DNA of 60,649 nt, filler included, from Sphacelaria rigidula (taxonomy: Eukaryota), in assembly GCA_964200075.2 (NCBI GenBank). It is 10 parts of 10 records of this genome, joined end to end, with 100 filler letters (N's around TTAATTAATTAA, not from the genome) between each part and the next. Parts side by side here need not be neighbours in the genome. Positions count along the whole stretch, not along the records: positions 48,601 to 54,575 come from CAXNAA020023086.1; positions 54,676 to 60,649 come from CAXNAA020023087.1; 8 more parts are not named here. One strand, written 5' to 3'. The position numbers were made by a program, and so were the translations under genes. Below, piece by piece: positions 50,005 through 60,649 of the stretch (position 1 is the stretch's first letter; every line of letters begins with the position of its first letter). The notes under the pieces are model-generated. The model saw only the letters and a list, made by a program, of their open reading frames with translations. It was not told the origin of the DNA and made no database searches.

Positions 50005-52187
50005 TGCATGTTTTGTTCAAGTATTCTGAAAAAACGAGACAGTTTTCTGTCACAGAAATCCAATGCCGAATCTGGAATGGCCTGAGACAAAAACCAATTT
50101 GAAAATTGGAAGTACTGGCTGTTTTCTTCTTCGAAAGACCTCTAAGTTCCAGTACCACTACTGCCGTGCGAACGCCACTGTATTCTTACTCAAGCTTGAT
50201 TACTACGTTCCATTGTGGCATTTTGAGGTAAAGCATGAGGACAAGCATCGAGTCGTCTCGCAAGCACGCTGTGGTCCAGTCTGCTATATGTCGCCTGCGA
50301 TCGACTGCCTCGCGTTGTCCAATGCACTGTTACAAAATAATACGCCAAGCGCTCTGATAGACTCTTATCTACGAGCTACATAGATATAAGACGTACTATT
50401 ATGCACACAGTTCTCTCACTTCGAGTGGGAATACCGTTCTTCACGCTTCAGTAGTGGTTCTCACTTCAGATCCAGTTTGCTTATCTCAACACTATCGATC
50501 ACGCAAACGGATTATCGCCTGCCGAGCTATCCGGAACGATATCAGTATTTGTTGGTATGTACCGATGACGACACGACACACCTCCTGCTGCTCGTCGAGG
50601 CTGAGATGCGTTTCGATCCTTCAAAATCTTTTCACAACTAGGAACCAAGCGAGAAACGACGAGATCGTTGAGCAGTCACCCCACAAAACTTGCCCGCTAG
50701 AAATCGCTTTGAGCTAAACCAACAGCAGACAAAGAATGAGGTATTCGGTTTCCAACTCGACGCCGATCAAGCGAAGCATCTTCGAGTGTCATAATATCCA
50801 GGTCGCGTACTGCAGATTTCAATCCCCTCAGAGAGAAAAACAAAGCCACTCCACCCCTTCAGCGTTTCCATCCCACCATACAAAAACCCCTCGTATTCAC
50901 TGATCTACAACAAGATAACCTTCCATCACGCGACCATCGCCTCTGACTACATAGACGTCGCACCCGCTCTTCCCGCTGTGATAGACAGAGCTTCCACCTT
51001 CCCTTTGGCACCTCGCGTGCTGCAGTAGTACCATCTATTCCCGACTTAATCGCAGTTCCATTAAAATAATGCCTCGCTTTGAGTGACACGCGTAGAACCG
51101 TTCGGTTTCATTGGCAATAGGAAGATCCATTTTCTTGGAGTCGGGCGTTGACTCCTGTTTCATTATCGTCACCATCACCGCCTGCGTTAGACAACACAAG
51201 TCAGTTGTGCTATTAATGGTCACAAGATTCCGCTTCTGCATGCACCCCCACGCAGATACGTACGCTACACTTGCTGCAATATACATCGCAGCCTTCACAC
51301 AACCTCTGCCCGCAAAGGGAGTCGAAGCACCGCTCTACATCTCAAAAATTCACACACCCTTGTCAAAATTACAATGTAAGACAGACATCTGATCGCGGTG
51401 CCCACCTACTCTAGTACCACGCACGTCATCCGACGTAATCCATGGGTTCATGGCAAACAACCTGCGGGCAAATCTGCCCACAGCAACCGTTGATGGTTAA
51501 TACAACATCGTGCGACGGATTATTCTGAGGTCCGTCGACTGTAATTCTGTAAATTATCCCTGAGTATATCCAACTCCGCCCTCTACGTGACTCAACACTG
51601 CCACAGGCGGTACCTCACTCCATATAAACATATACGACATGTGTGTGTATATATATATATATATATTTCGCTCGTTTGCCCCCGTCAGCAGCCTTCGCAA
51701 AAACCAGCTTCAGTACAAAACACAGCTCGCTCCTGATGTTGCATGTTTTTTACTGTACATCGAACTTTCCCTCAAAGCATAAATTTTGCGTCCAGAGCAG
51801 TCGCTGTTATCTACAGCACGCACTTACTGCCCTCGAATCGCAGGCGGATCTCCCGGCGACAAACCAAAAAGACTTTGCGAGAAGGGGAGCAAGGTATACA
51901 TTGGTCCTTGGGACAGATACGAACGGGTGTCTCGAGCAACTTCTCGTGCCCTTCGCAATCGTCTGCAGTGGCATTCTTCTCCGCTATAACTTCACAGGGC
52001 TCACTACTACCGGTGAACCTCATCTGTCACCGCGACCAGCACCTGTGACAGCTCCGCGGAACTTGTTTATGTACAGTTTTTTGTCCTCTCGGCTGGTACT
52101 AGCGATGGCTTCCAACACGGTGCTGCATTGTATGCCTTGCCTCAGCGGTATGACGGCGGTAGAGCAATATCACGATGGAGCACTTCC

Positions 52188-52438
52188 GACTGCTGCCGAG
52201 ATAGCCCCCCGCCCTAACCGGCCAAAAAGGTGCACGGTAGCGGACATCATAAATACCGATAGAGCTGGTTTCGCTCTGGACGACGCGACTCATTTGGGCG
52301 TTATAGCTGATTTCAGACTGCTACACGCCTATTATGTGGGCGAAATTGCTGCCAACGAGCCCAGTAGTGGGACCACAGCCGGTTTGTCGGACGGTCTCCG
52401 GTGCACGTTTTTGTGAGGGGGCTATCTCGGCATTAGTC
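52188..52438 (+). mobile_element. MITE family B
   Basis: TIR GACTGCTGCCGAGATAGCCCC / GGGGCTATCTCGGCATTAGTC. Confidence 0.85.
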
Positions 52439-54095
52439 TTCCCTTCGCCGGAGCCCCGGCCACGACCTCCACCGCCGCCGCCGTCGCCGCAGCCTCCTCC
52501 ACGGCTTGGCGGACGGCCTGACGAACTTTTTTCGGCAGTCCATTACTAGACTTGAGCAGCCTAGGAAACAAAACTATGGCGGCTCTCAGATCTTCTGTTC
52601 CGGTGTCTCGCACGAGCTGGCGCCCCCGTCGGCAGGTGGTCGTGGGGATAAAGTCCCCCGACCAACCTCCCGGTCCATATGTAGCCGCGATCTCTCCTGC
52701 CCGTACCGCTTCAATCGCCGCCGCCCGTAGTCGGCGAGCGGCTGGGGTTGGTACTGAATTGGCGGTGGTGCTGCCGTTACCGTGGACCCCGGCACCACCT
52801 GACGCACGACTCATGGTTGCACCCTGTGTGTCTCCAGCTGACGCAACGCAACCGACTGCGCGCAGCGCACCAGGCTGGCTGATCACCCCAGGATAAACGC
52901 CGGGTTCCACGCCCCCAGTCGCGGTAATTCTGGTCCCTGAGTCGACAGCTCCCATCGCCGGAGCCGCGTCGGCTGCACCAGAGGCGGCCGTGTGGCCATT
53001 ATCAGTGACGTGCAAAGTCAGTAACGCCCCCGAGTTGTTGGCTGCGGACTGCTTCAGCCCCGACGGAACTGTCATATCCAACCTTCCCCCTACCACCGCT
53101 GACCCTGCGACGGGCCCCGGAGGTGACGCTCCTTCTACTACTGCGGACTGTGACGCTTGCGCCGACGTCTTCTTCGGGGAAAACCAGTGCAACAGAATCT
53201 CCGTCTTTTGCGATATGCTGTCCACCGGCGACGGGAATTGAACTTTCCGCTTTTCGAGAATCTTACCGACCACGAACGGGATCGGAGAATTTGCCGGGGT
53301 AGGGAACACGGCGAACTCGCCCACCTCGCAGTTGGGTTCTGGCTTGGTTTGCTGACATTGTGCTTTTGGAGTTTGTGGCAGTCGCGATTGCGAATGCTCT
53401 TGCTGTTTCGCTTCCGTGACCCGATTCTCGTGCGGGCTCTTCTTCGTCGCTGTGTTCTTCTCCGTTTTATTCATGAAGTGGTTTCGGCTTGTTTTCCCCG
53501 CATCGACAGGAGTTCGTCGCGTTTTCTCGTGCCCACCAACCATCGGCTGGTGGTTTATTTCCTCATCACTGGGAGAGGCTCGACGATTGTACACGACCCG
53601 ATCGTGAGCATCTCCACTTTCGTTTTCACGCGGCAACGGCGCCTGCAGCACGCATTTATCCCTATCTTCACTACTTGCAGATGGCAACGGCAGTTGTTGG
53701 CGTTGTGTACCTCGGCTGTTCCCCTCCTCCAACACGCGATTGCGAGAGCGTGTGAGCCGCGTTGGGACCATGAAACCGGCCGCGGGGGTGCTACATTCGC
53801 CAGCAACATCAGCACCAGCATCACCGCTGCAAGCAACGCCTGCACCGAAACTACCATTGTGAACGTTCCGTTGGTATACGCGAGGCTCCACATAGTCAGA
53901 ATCCGAACCTGTGTCAGACTCAGATTCCAACTCGACAGCGTCGTCCTCAGGGCTGCCGTTGTCGTTTTTACCCTTCGTGAAGCTCGAGTTATTGGCGCTC
54001 CTGGTCACGCGCAATCGAGACCCCACCGGCCCTTGTTTCTGCTGACTTGGGTGACGCCGTATTCCGCCTACAACCGCACAACGGTAATACAGCAT
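52422..54095 (-). CDS. Long ORF/exon of unknown function with an SH3/Tudor-like segment (CEVGEFAVF...PFVVGKI...ILLHWF); true start probably a splice acceptor near 54040
   Basis: 557 open codons, protein-like composition; the stop codon lies inside the MITE B TIR. Confidence 0.6.
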   Translation of the reverse strand: MLYYRCAVVGGIRRHPSQQKQGPVGSRLRVTRSANNSSFTKGKNDNGSPEDDAVELESESDTGSDSDYVEPRVYQRNVHNGSFGAGVACSGDAGADVAGECSTPAAGFMVPTRLTRSRNRVLEEGNSRGTQRQQLPLPSASSEDRDKCVLQAPLPRENESGDAHDRVVYNRRASPSDEEINHQPMVGGHEKTRRTPVDAGKTSRNHFMNKTEKNTATKKSPHENRVTEAKQQEHSQSRLPQTPKAQCQQTKPEPNCEVGEFAVFPTPANSPIPFVVGKILEKRKVQFPSPVDSISQKTEILLHWFSPKKTSAQASQSAVVEGASPPGPVAGSAVVGGRLDMTVPSGLKQSAANNSGALLTLHVTDNGHTAASGAADAAPAMGAVDSGTRITATGGVEPGVYPGVISQPGALRAVGCVASAGDTQGATMSRASGGAGVHGNGSTTANSVPTPAARRLRAAAIEAVRAGEIAATYGPGGWSGDFIPTTTCRRGRQLVRDTGTEDLRAAIVLFPRLLKSSNGLPKKVRQAVRQAVEEAAATAAAVEVVAGAPAKGRLMPR

Positions 54096-54675
54096 GAGGA
54101 GAAGGCGAAAAGGAACCGTGTAGTGGGCTTGTGATCAAAATACGTCCCTTTGCTTCTGTGATGTGGCGTGCGCACGGTGGTGGGGAAACGGACAGAGGAA
54201 GGGGAACTTGTGCTTTTGACATTCATACGTTAGATGAAGTACGCAGATCGTACGGCAATTTCAACCAACATAGCGTATGTACGATCGACGTGTAAAGCCT
54301 TCCTTGCGAATGAATGACCAACGTCTAGCACGTGAATCGCCTGCCAACCCCGTGCGCACGTATCGAGCGAGCGAAGGGACCCAGAATCACCAGACCAAAC
54401 CAAACTATAATGACGCTGTTTGGGCTCTCAATCCCCGAAACCTTAGCCTGAACACCATCAAAGAAGCAGGTGGCTATTTAGGAACGACACCACCGGACAC
54501 ACCACCGCACACCCCCAGCGTGTGGAGGCGACATGACACTTTCTACGATACACGCCCCCCCCCCCAACCGCCGCCNNNNNNNNNNNNNNNNNNNNNNNNN
54601 NNNNNNNNNNNNNNNNNNNTTAATTAATTAANNNNNNNNNNNNNNNNNNNNNNNNNNNNNNNNNNNNNNNNNNNN

Positions 54676-56060
54676 CTAATGGTACAGTAACTAAAGCGAA
54701 AGCTAGATTAGTGGCGCGTGGGTTTGGTCAGAGATTCGCGGTGGATTATTTTGAGACGTTTGCAGCCACCCCGGCCATGACATCAATAAAATTGGTCATG
54801 GCCGTGGCAGTACAGAGAGGATGGCCACTCCATCACTTCGACGTTACCCAAGCTTTTGTACGAGCCAAAATGGACACGAACGTGTTCATGAAGCTCCCAG
54901 AAGGGTGTGGCCCCCTGACAGGTAGTACGGTCAGGCTGGAAAAATCTATATACGGAGTAAAACAAGCGGGAAGACAATGGTCCCTCCTCCTTAATAAAAC
55001 ACTGGTGGAGGACGTGAAAATGTCGCAAAGTAAGGCTGACCCGTGTGTGTACAGACTGGTGGAAAAGGGGGAAGTGTGTGTGATACTTGTTGTGCACGTG
55101 GATGACATTCTAATCGGGGGAGACACGAAAAGAGTGGATACCGTATGTAATATCCTCAATAACAGATTCCCGACGAACAACTTGGGTGAAGCACAGTGGT
55201 ACATGGGATGTGCCATAGAAAGAAACTGGAAAAGAGGTACCATGTTTGTAAACCAGACGACTTTTGTCGATACCATGCTGAAGCGCTTTGAGGTTACGGA
55301 ATTCTCTGATATTCCCGCATCAGTGTCGGCAGATTTGGGACCGGTTAAGCGAGGTGATAAGGTTTTAGATAGACCGTACCGGAGTGCCGTGGGCGGTTTG
55401 ATGTGGTTAGCTGGGGTAACAAGGCCTGACATAGCTAACGCGGCCCGAGACCTGGCCCGACAATCACATGACTCATGTGAAAGACACTGGCGAGGGGTGT
55501 TGAAAGTTCTGGCATACCTCAATACGACCAGGAACTACGGTCTGACTTTTAGTTCAGGGGAGAGTAGGGTCACAGTATATTGTGATGCTGATTACGCCAA
55601 GAAATATACAGACCGGCGGTCAGTTTCCAGTGTAGCTGTCATGTATGGGGGAATAGCAGTATCAAGTACTAGCCGAACGCAACACTGCGTGACCCTGTCA
55701 ACCACGGAGGCCGAGTACGTAGCTACGGCGGAAGGAGCGAAGGAGTGCATGTTTGTCAGGTCGGTACTGTCTTTCCTACGACCGAAGATCGTGTTGGGAC
55801 GACAAGTAGAATACGATATTGTTCTCTATGAAGACAATGAGGGGGCTAAGGCTCTAGCCGACAACCGTCTCAGCTCAGGTCGAAGTAAGCACATCGACGT
55901 GAGGTGGCATTTTATTAGGGACCTTGTTAGGACGGGAACAGTAAGGATCGTTCATGTGTATTCGGAGTGGCAACACGCTGATATCCTTACAAAGCCGCTC
56001 CCATTCACGCTGTTCAACAGGCACCGCCGCGCCTTGATGAACGCTGCGGACAGCGAGTAG
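54676..56060 (+). mobile_element. pol: Ty1/copia LTR retrotransposon pol: reverse transcriptase (RVT_2) + RNase H, uninterrupted
   Basis: KARLVARGF, DYFETFA, DVTQAF, KSIYGVKQAGRQW, HVDD, DADYA, STTEAEY, KHIDVR and ADILTKPL. Confidence 0.97.
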
Positions 56061-56361
56061 ACACATATTTTGTTGTCTGTGTGTCTTTCGATTTGTCAGC
56101 TCTAGATGATTCAGGTCATGGTTTCCGTAATGCATCTGCGCTTACATCGGGTGAAGCCGCTCACGCTACTTTGTGGGGCATGGGTTTGTAGGGCGTTTCC
56201 CGTTGTAAAGTGCAGGTGCCCTGGCTTGGGCGTCTGCGAAAAAGGGCTGTTTGTTTTGAGCACAAGCGGTGGAGTTTGTGTGATAGAGGGTTTTTGCTCG
56301 GAAGGCCGAGTTTCCTCCTTATTTTTTTTTTTTTGAGCTTTGAGTGCTGAGGTATCCGATC

Positions 56362-56532
56362 AGGGGGAGTATTCGAGTGATTCAGATACCCTGTGATGCT
56401 GGATCTACGTAGAACCGGGGGTCGGGGTGATGTACGAGTACCGACAGTCAAGTGTGTGCAAATGTGGTACAGTACGGCTGAGAACAGTAGAACAGCCCGC
56501 CACCTTTGATCATTCTCGTTCATCTACCTCCA
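56362..56532 (+). mobile_element. Polypurine tract (56362-56369) and probable short 3' LTR (56370-56532)
   Basis: AGGGGGAG followed by TATTCGAG...CTACCTCCA; the 5' LTR is not in the window, so the boundaries are unconfirmed. Confidence 0.5.
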
Positions 56533-58448
56533 TCTCATCAGCACTCTCCCAAGTTAAAGTAGAACTTGGGTGCTCTCCAATAAAAGATCTGAAACCATTA
56601 CCCTGTGCCTGAGCCAAGGAATACAAGCTTCCGGTGACGATAATGATGCTGTTCTCAACGAGTACGACGAACATCTCACCCACTCGGGCCCCAAAACCTC
56701 ATCCTACTCGTGGTGAATCACCACGACGTGTGGCATTCAAGCCGTGTCTACTCTACACTACACTTGGGGATTTTACCCCTCACATCTGAATCAAAACACA
56801 ACACTCTCGTCTCCTTCCATCAGGACAACTCTCGCACTCCTAAACGAACTGCAGACGTGAGACATACTCACCGACCATTCCGTTGGTTACAGCGGGGGTC
56901 CCTCAGTAGTGCTGGAATGTATCCAGAACGTTTACCGATACTATACTGGACACCGGCACTACTCAGACTGGTGCCTCGATAGCGCCAACGGGCACTATTG
57001 AGGTTTATAGTATCCCTCAATAGTGCCGGACCGGCACTATTGAGGAACTATTTGATTTTATCGTGTGTCGCTTGGCTTTTGCGGGGCCAACCGAGTACCT
57101 AATGAATCGTATAACTTCTGAAATTATTGCGTGGGCGGCGTGGGAAGACTTCCTCGTGACACTTGTGGTTCTAAACCCGTCGAAGGCATAGAATTTGTTG
57201 TAAAAATATTCCTTGCATGTTGAATCGTTTTTCTCTACGCGCCTCAGCAGATATACTGCACAGCCTGAAATGTCGCGTGAAACCTTCAAGTCCATACTAC
57301 TGTACCGCTCTACTGTACCATTTTCCAGAGAGACGCATCTCAAAGCTACTTTTGTTTCTTGTGGGCAAGAATGCAGTAGCACTGGCCTCCCACGCATCAA
57401 ACCATAGTTCGGGCAACCTCAACAGCAAGTTAGAAATTCATACAGCCAGCAATCTAGCTGTTTGTCTTATGTGTGTGAGTTTTTACCCTGTAGCAAATTA
57501 GCGGTATAATATGTTGCGAATCTACTAAGAGCCCCAAATATTGACCAAGGGTGCAAGTACTGTTTTTTTCAATGGATCCTTGAGTTCAATATCCTGTCAG
57601 ACTTGCCACGTAAGCGCGTAGGATAAGACAGTGTGCTGTCATTCTTTGTGAGTGTCGTAGCTTGAGTAAGAATCCAGTCTGTGGGCTGGCAAACCAACAC
57701 GTCAGAGTCAAGGACGCGTTTTAGTCTACGTACGTGTAGAGCTTTGTTTTTTGTTCCAAGGATTGACCAATTGTAGTTGGTGGTCCTCCCTGCCCCTTAC
57801 AATCACTCCCCTTCACCTATAATCAGTTCTTCGCTTTGAGAGGAAATTGTGAGTCCTGCTTTGCTTGGCCAAATACAGAGCCCAATCAACCATTTGTCTC
57901 ACTGATTTTATTCTGAAGCTGCAGAAGCAACTGGTTTGACAACCAGGGTGCAACCTCTGCATGCTACTGTTCGCTGAACTGTAGTTAGCCTGTCGCAAGG
58001 ATAGTGCTACGGACACGAGTTATTCCAACGCAGCACTCGTCAACCGCGAAAGAAGACACACACCATGCACCTGATTCACCTTTGGCGGCAACAAAAAATG
58101 CTTGTAAAGCTCCCGTTCGTACAAATTAATATTACGTATGAAGGAAGATAAATATCACTCCTCGTTGTGCCCTCGTTCGATGTTGCAATATTGAATTAAA
58201 AAAACGGAAAACACGACAGCAAGGAAGCGTACTGCAAGAAAACGGACAGCCACTGTAGCTGTACCCCCCCCGCCCTCACTTCGTCGCGACAAGTTCTCTC
58301 ACGTCTGTTTGGCGCGCTCGCTGAGTGGTTTGCGCTGCGATCATCGCCATCCTCGCTTTCGATAGGTGGAACGCCGCGTCTTCGTTGCCACTCTCCTCCG
58401 CTGCCGCCCCCAGGACGCCGAAGTGAGACGACAGTTCACTGTAAGCCG

Positions 58449-58990
58449 CACTTCAATTTCTCGATTGTTTTTTCTGCCAGTACCATACCCATGCTGTATG
58501 GAGTATATTGTATGTGCGCTATGAAGGCTGTATAGTATCATATTAACAACAATGAACAGTACTCGGGGTGACGAAACCCTGTGAAGCGTACTGTGCGGCG
58601 CAAACAAATGTACAACTCGCCGCACTCCCGAGAGCGAAATCGTGAGTTCAATTCCCACCACTTCAATTCCTCGACCGTTTTTTTCTGCCAGTACCATGCC
58701 CATGCTGTATGGAGTATATTGTATGTGCGCTATAAAGGCTGTACAATATCACATTAACAACAATGGACAGTACTCGGGGTGACGAAACCCTGTGAAGCGT
58801 ACTGTGCGGCGCGAAAAAAAACTGAAGCCAAATCCCCGCGACAAACACTGCACAGTTTCCCTGATACCCTGTGAAGCGTACTGTGTGGCGCGAAAAAACA
58901 TCCTACAGCTAAGTCCCCCCGAGAAACACTGCACAGTTTCCCTGAATGCTGTAGACGTGCCCCACAGGGTGCAATCTGTCCACGTGTGAT
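58449..58990 (+). repeat. SINE-like repeat with an internal 210-bp duplication and short sub-repeats
   Basis: CACTTCAATT...TTCTGCCAGTACCAT at 58449 and 58659; CCCTGTGAAGCGTACTGTG sub-repeats; inverted copy at 60176-60568. Confidence 0.75.
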
Positions 58991-60175
58991 GAATCGTGAG
59001 AGACTGTTTTGGGATGCATACCACGATGTGCGGCGTATATGATTGGGACGTGCTCAAAATACAAACGCATCAATGAGGGGGTTTTTATATTTTCATTCCT
59101 AATGTAGCGAAAGGCTGCTGTGTCGGGGGCCGCTAATCAAAGGATCCTGTCTGCTCATATCGGTTGTTGATTTTATCCTCTGTCGCGGTGGCTCTGCGAT
59201 GCGCAATGGCGTGTCTGTATATCTACTCTGCTGCCCCGAATCCCTTGGGTTTTGCCCGCTTTTTTTTGCTCTTTTCTTTCCTCTTCTATTCCGTTTTTTT
59301 CTTTAGGTCGGTCATTTCTTTCTGTGCTTTTTGTTGACATGTTTATGTTTTTCTTTCACGTCTTAGCCTACCATGTCGTTCTGTTCGACCTTTTCTGTTC
59401 CTTCTTTTTCTTCAGCGAGTGTTTCAGTTTTGCTTTTCTTGGGTACGTGTATCATGTGAACACAGCTGGATCCCTGGGGGGTCAGGTGAAGTGCGCCAAT
59501 CAATCAACCAATCGCAGTTAGGACGACTTAACTCGTGATTCAGCTCATAGAATCATTCCTATCACTAAATCATACTACTCGCACATCATTTGTGATTCAT
59601 ACAGCTTCTCAGCTCGTGCATCGTGCAGTACCTGCCAAAGGTACCTACTTCGTACCTTCCGTGAGTACCGGGGTAAATAATGGGCACATAGTTAACCCCT
59701 GCACTGCAAATTTGAATGCATCGATCGTACATGCCACGCACTTCTTACCATCATGAGTCGGGAACGTCATGTACAACTTGCTTGACCGAGTTGTTCGAGG
59801 TGAACGTATCTATATTTTCCCCACCTTCGGGTTAATGCGGGATCAATAATTTGAACGGGTTGGATCTTCACATCCGATGGGCCCTGAATCTTGCGTAATT
59901 GTCTCCAAGCTATAATGCGCGCAAGATGCCTGCGCTTTCTATGTGTTATCCACCCTCGACTCAGCGGGGCCAACGATTTATATATATATTTTTGTCATTT
60001 CATCAAGAAGAGTCGACTTGTATGAACTCTGATTCGTCCTAACCGTGCAATCATCAAACGCTCAATCAGTCAATCAATATGTTCATGTTAGTTGAACAAA
60101 ATGCATCGTCCCATACTACTAATCGTACAACTAACGACTCTTATTGAACCTGAAATGGGTGCTCCGCAACGTCAC

Positions 60176-60568
60176 TCACACGTGGACAAATAGCACCCTG
60201 TGGGGCACGTCTACAGGGTTCAGGGAAACTGTACAGTGTTTCTCGCGGAGATCTGGCTGTAGTTATATTTTTTGTGCCCCACAGGACGCTTCACAGGGTT
60301 CAGGGAAACTGTGCAGGGTTTCTCGCGAGGATTCGACTGTAGGATATTACTTTGTGCCACACAGGGCGCTTCACAGGGTTTCGTCACTCCGTGTAGAATT
60401 CATCGCCGATAATATGCTGTACAGCCTGTGCAGCGCACATACAATATACTTCCTACAGCATGGGCATGGTACTGGCAGAAAAAACGGTCAAGAAACTACA
60501 GCAGTGGGACTTGAACCCACTATTCAGTGATTAAGAGCGTGTCAGTGTGCGCGTTGAGCTACCTGGCT
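60176..60568 (-). mobile_element. Inverted copy of the 58.4-59.0 kb repeat, with a tRNA-like head
   Basis: Minus-strand head GCCAGGTAGCTCAA...GGGTTCAAGTCCC (A and B boxes) followed by the shared body. Confidence 0.7.
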
Positions 60569-60649
60569 TGTTTCACCGCTCAATGTATAACAATGTTTTC
60601 GTGAGATTGAGAATCTTCGATACGATTGAGAATAGGGTTGAGGCAAGCT

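Noticed and set aside
50700..51400. Possible decayed exons or PIF-like transposase fragment (EGYLVVD)
   Set aside because: No consistent frame or second supporting motif.
59767..59973. Possible Harbinger DDE_Tnp_4 remnant (KIQGPSD...WGKY)
   Set aside because: Catalytic motifs are not recoverable by eye; this needs a profile search.

Overview
Eukaryotic, TE-rich genomic DNA, most likely from a brown alga (Phaeophyceae). This is inferred from the 72-bp LRR exon architecture, the HVDD copia element and the non-LTR retroelement motifs. The window is artificial: ten ~5975-bp fragments joined by 100-bp N/TTAATTAATTAA spacers, so nothing should be linked across spacers. The main finding is fragment 2 (6076-12050): ten tandem 72-bp phase-1 exons on the minus strand, each encoding one 24-aa LRR, separated by highly similar ~571-bp or ~443-bp introns. 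Variation is concentrated on the predicted ligand-facing residues, which fits an exon-shuffling candidate immune receptor. Other fragments hold exons of a LamG-domain protein, a WSD/WHIM-like chromatin protein and an insulinase (M16) C-terminus. They also hold an open Ty1/copia RT-RNaseH frame, a pogo DD35D pseudogene with three MITE insertions (one nested in another), tandem DIRS-type tyrosine recombinase remnants, CRE-like non-LTR remnants, tRNA-derived SINE heads and many MITE families. Two of those MITE families share an internal hairpin. Family assignments come from motif recognition by eye; no database searches were run.
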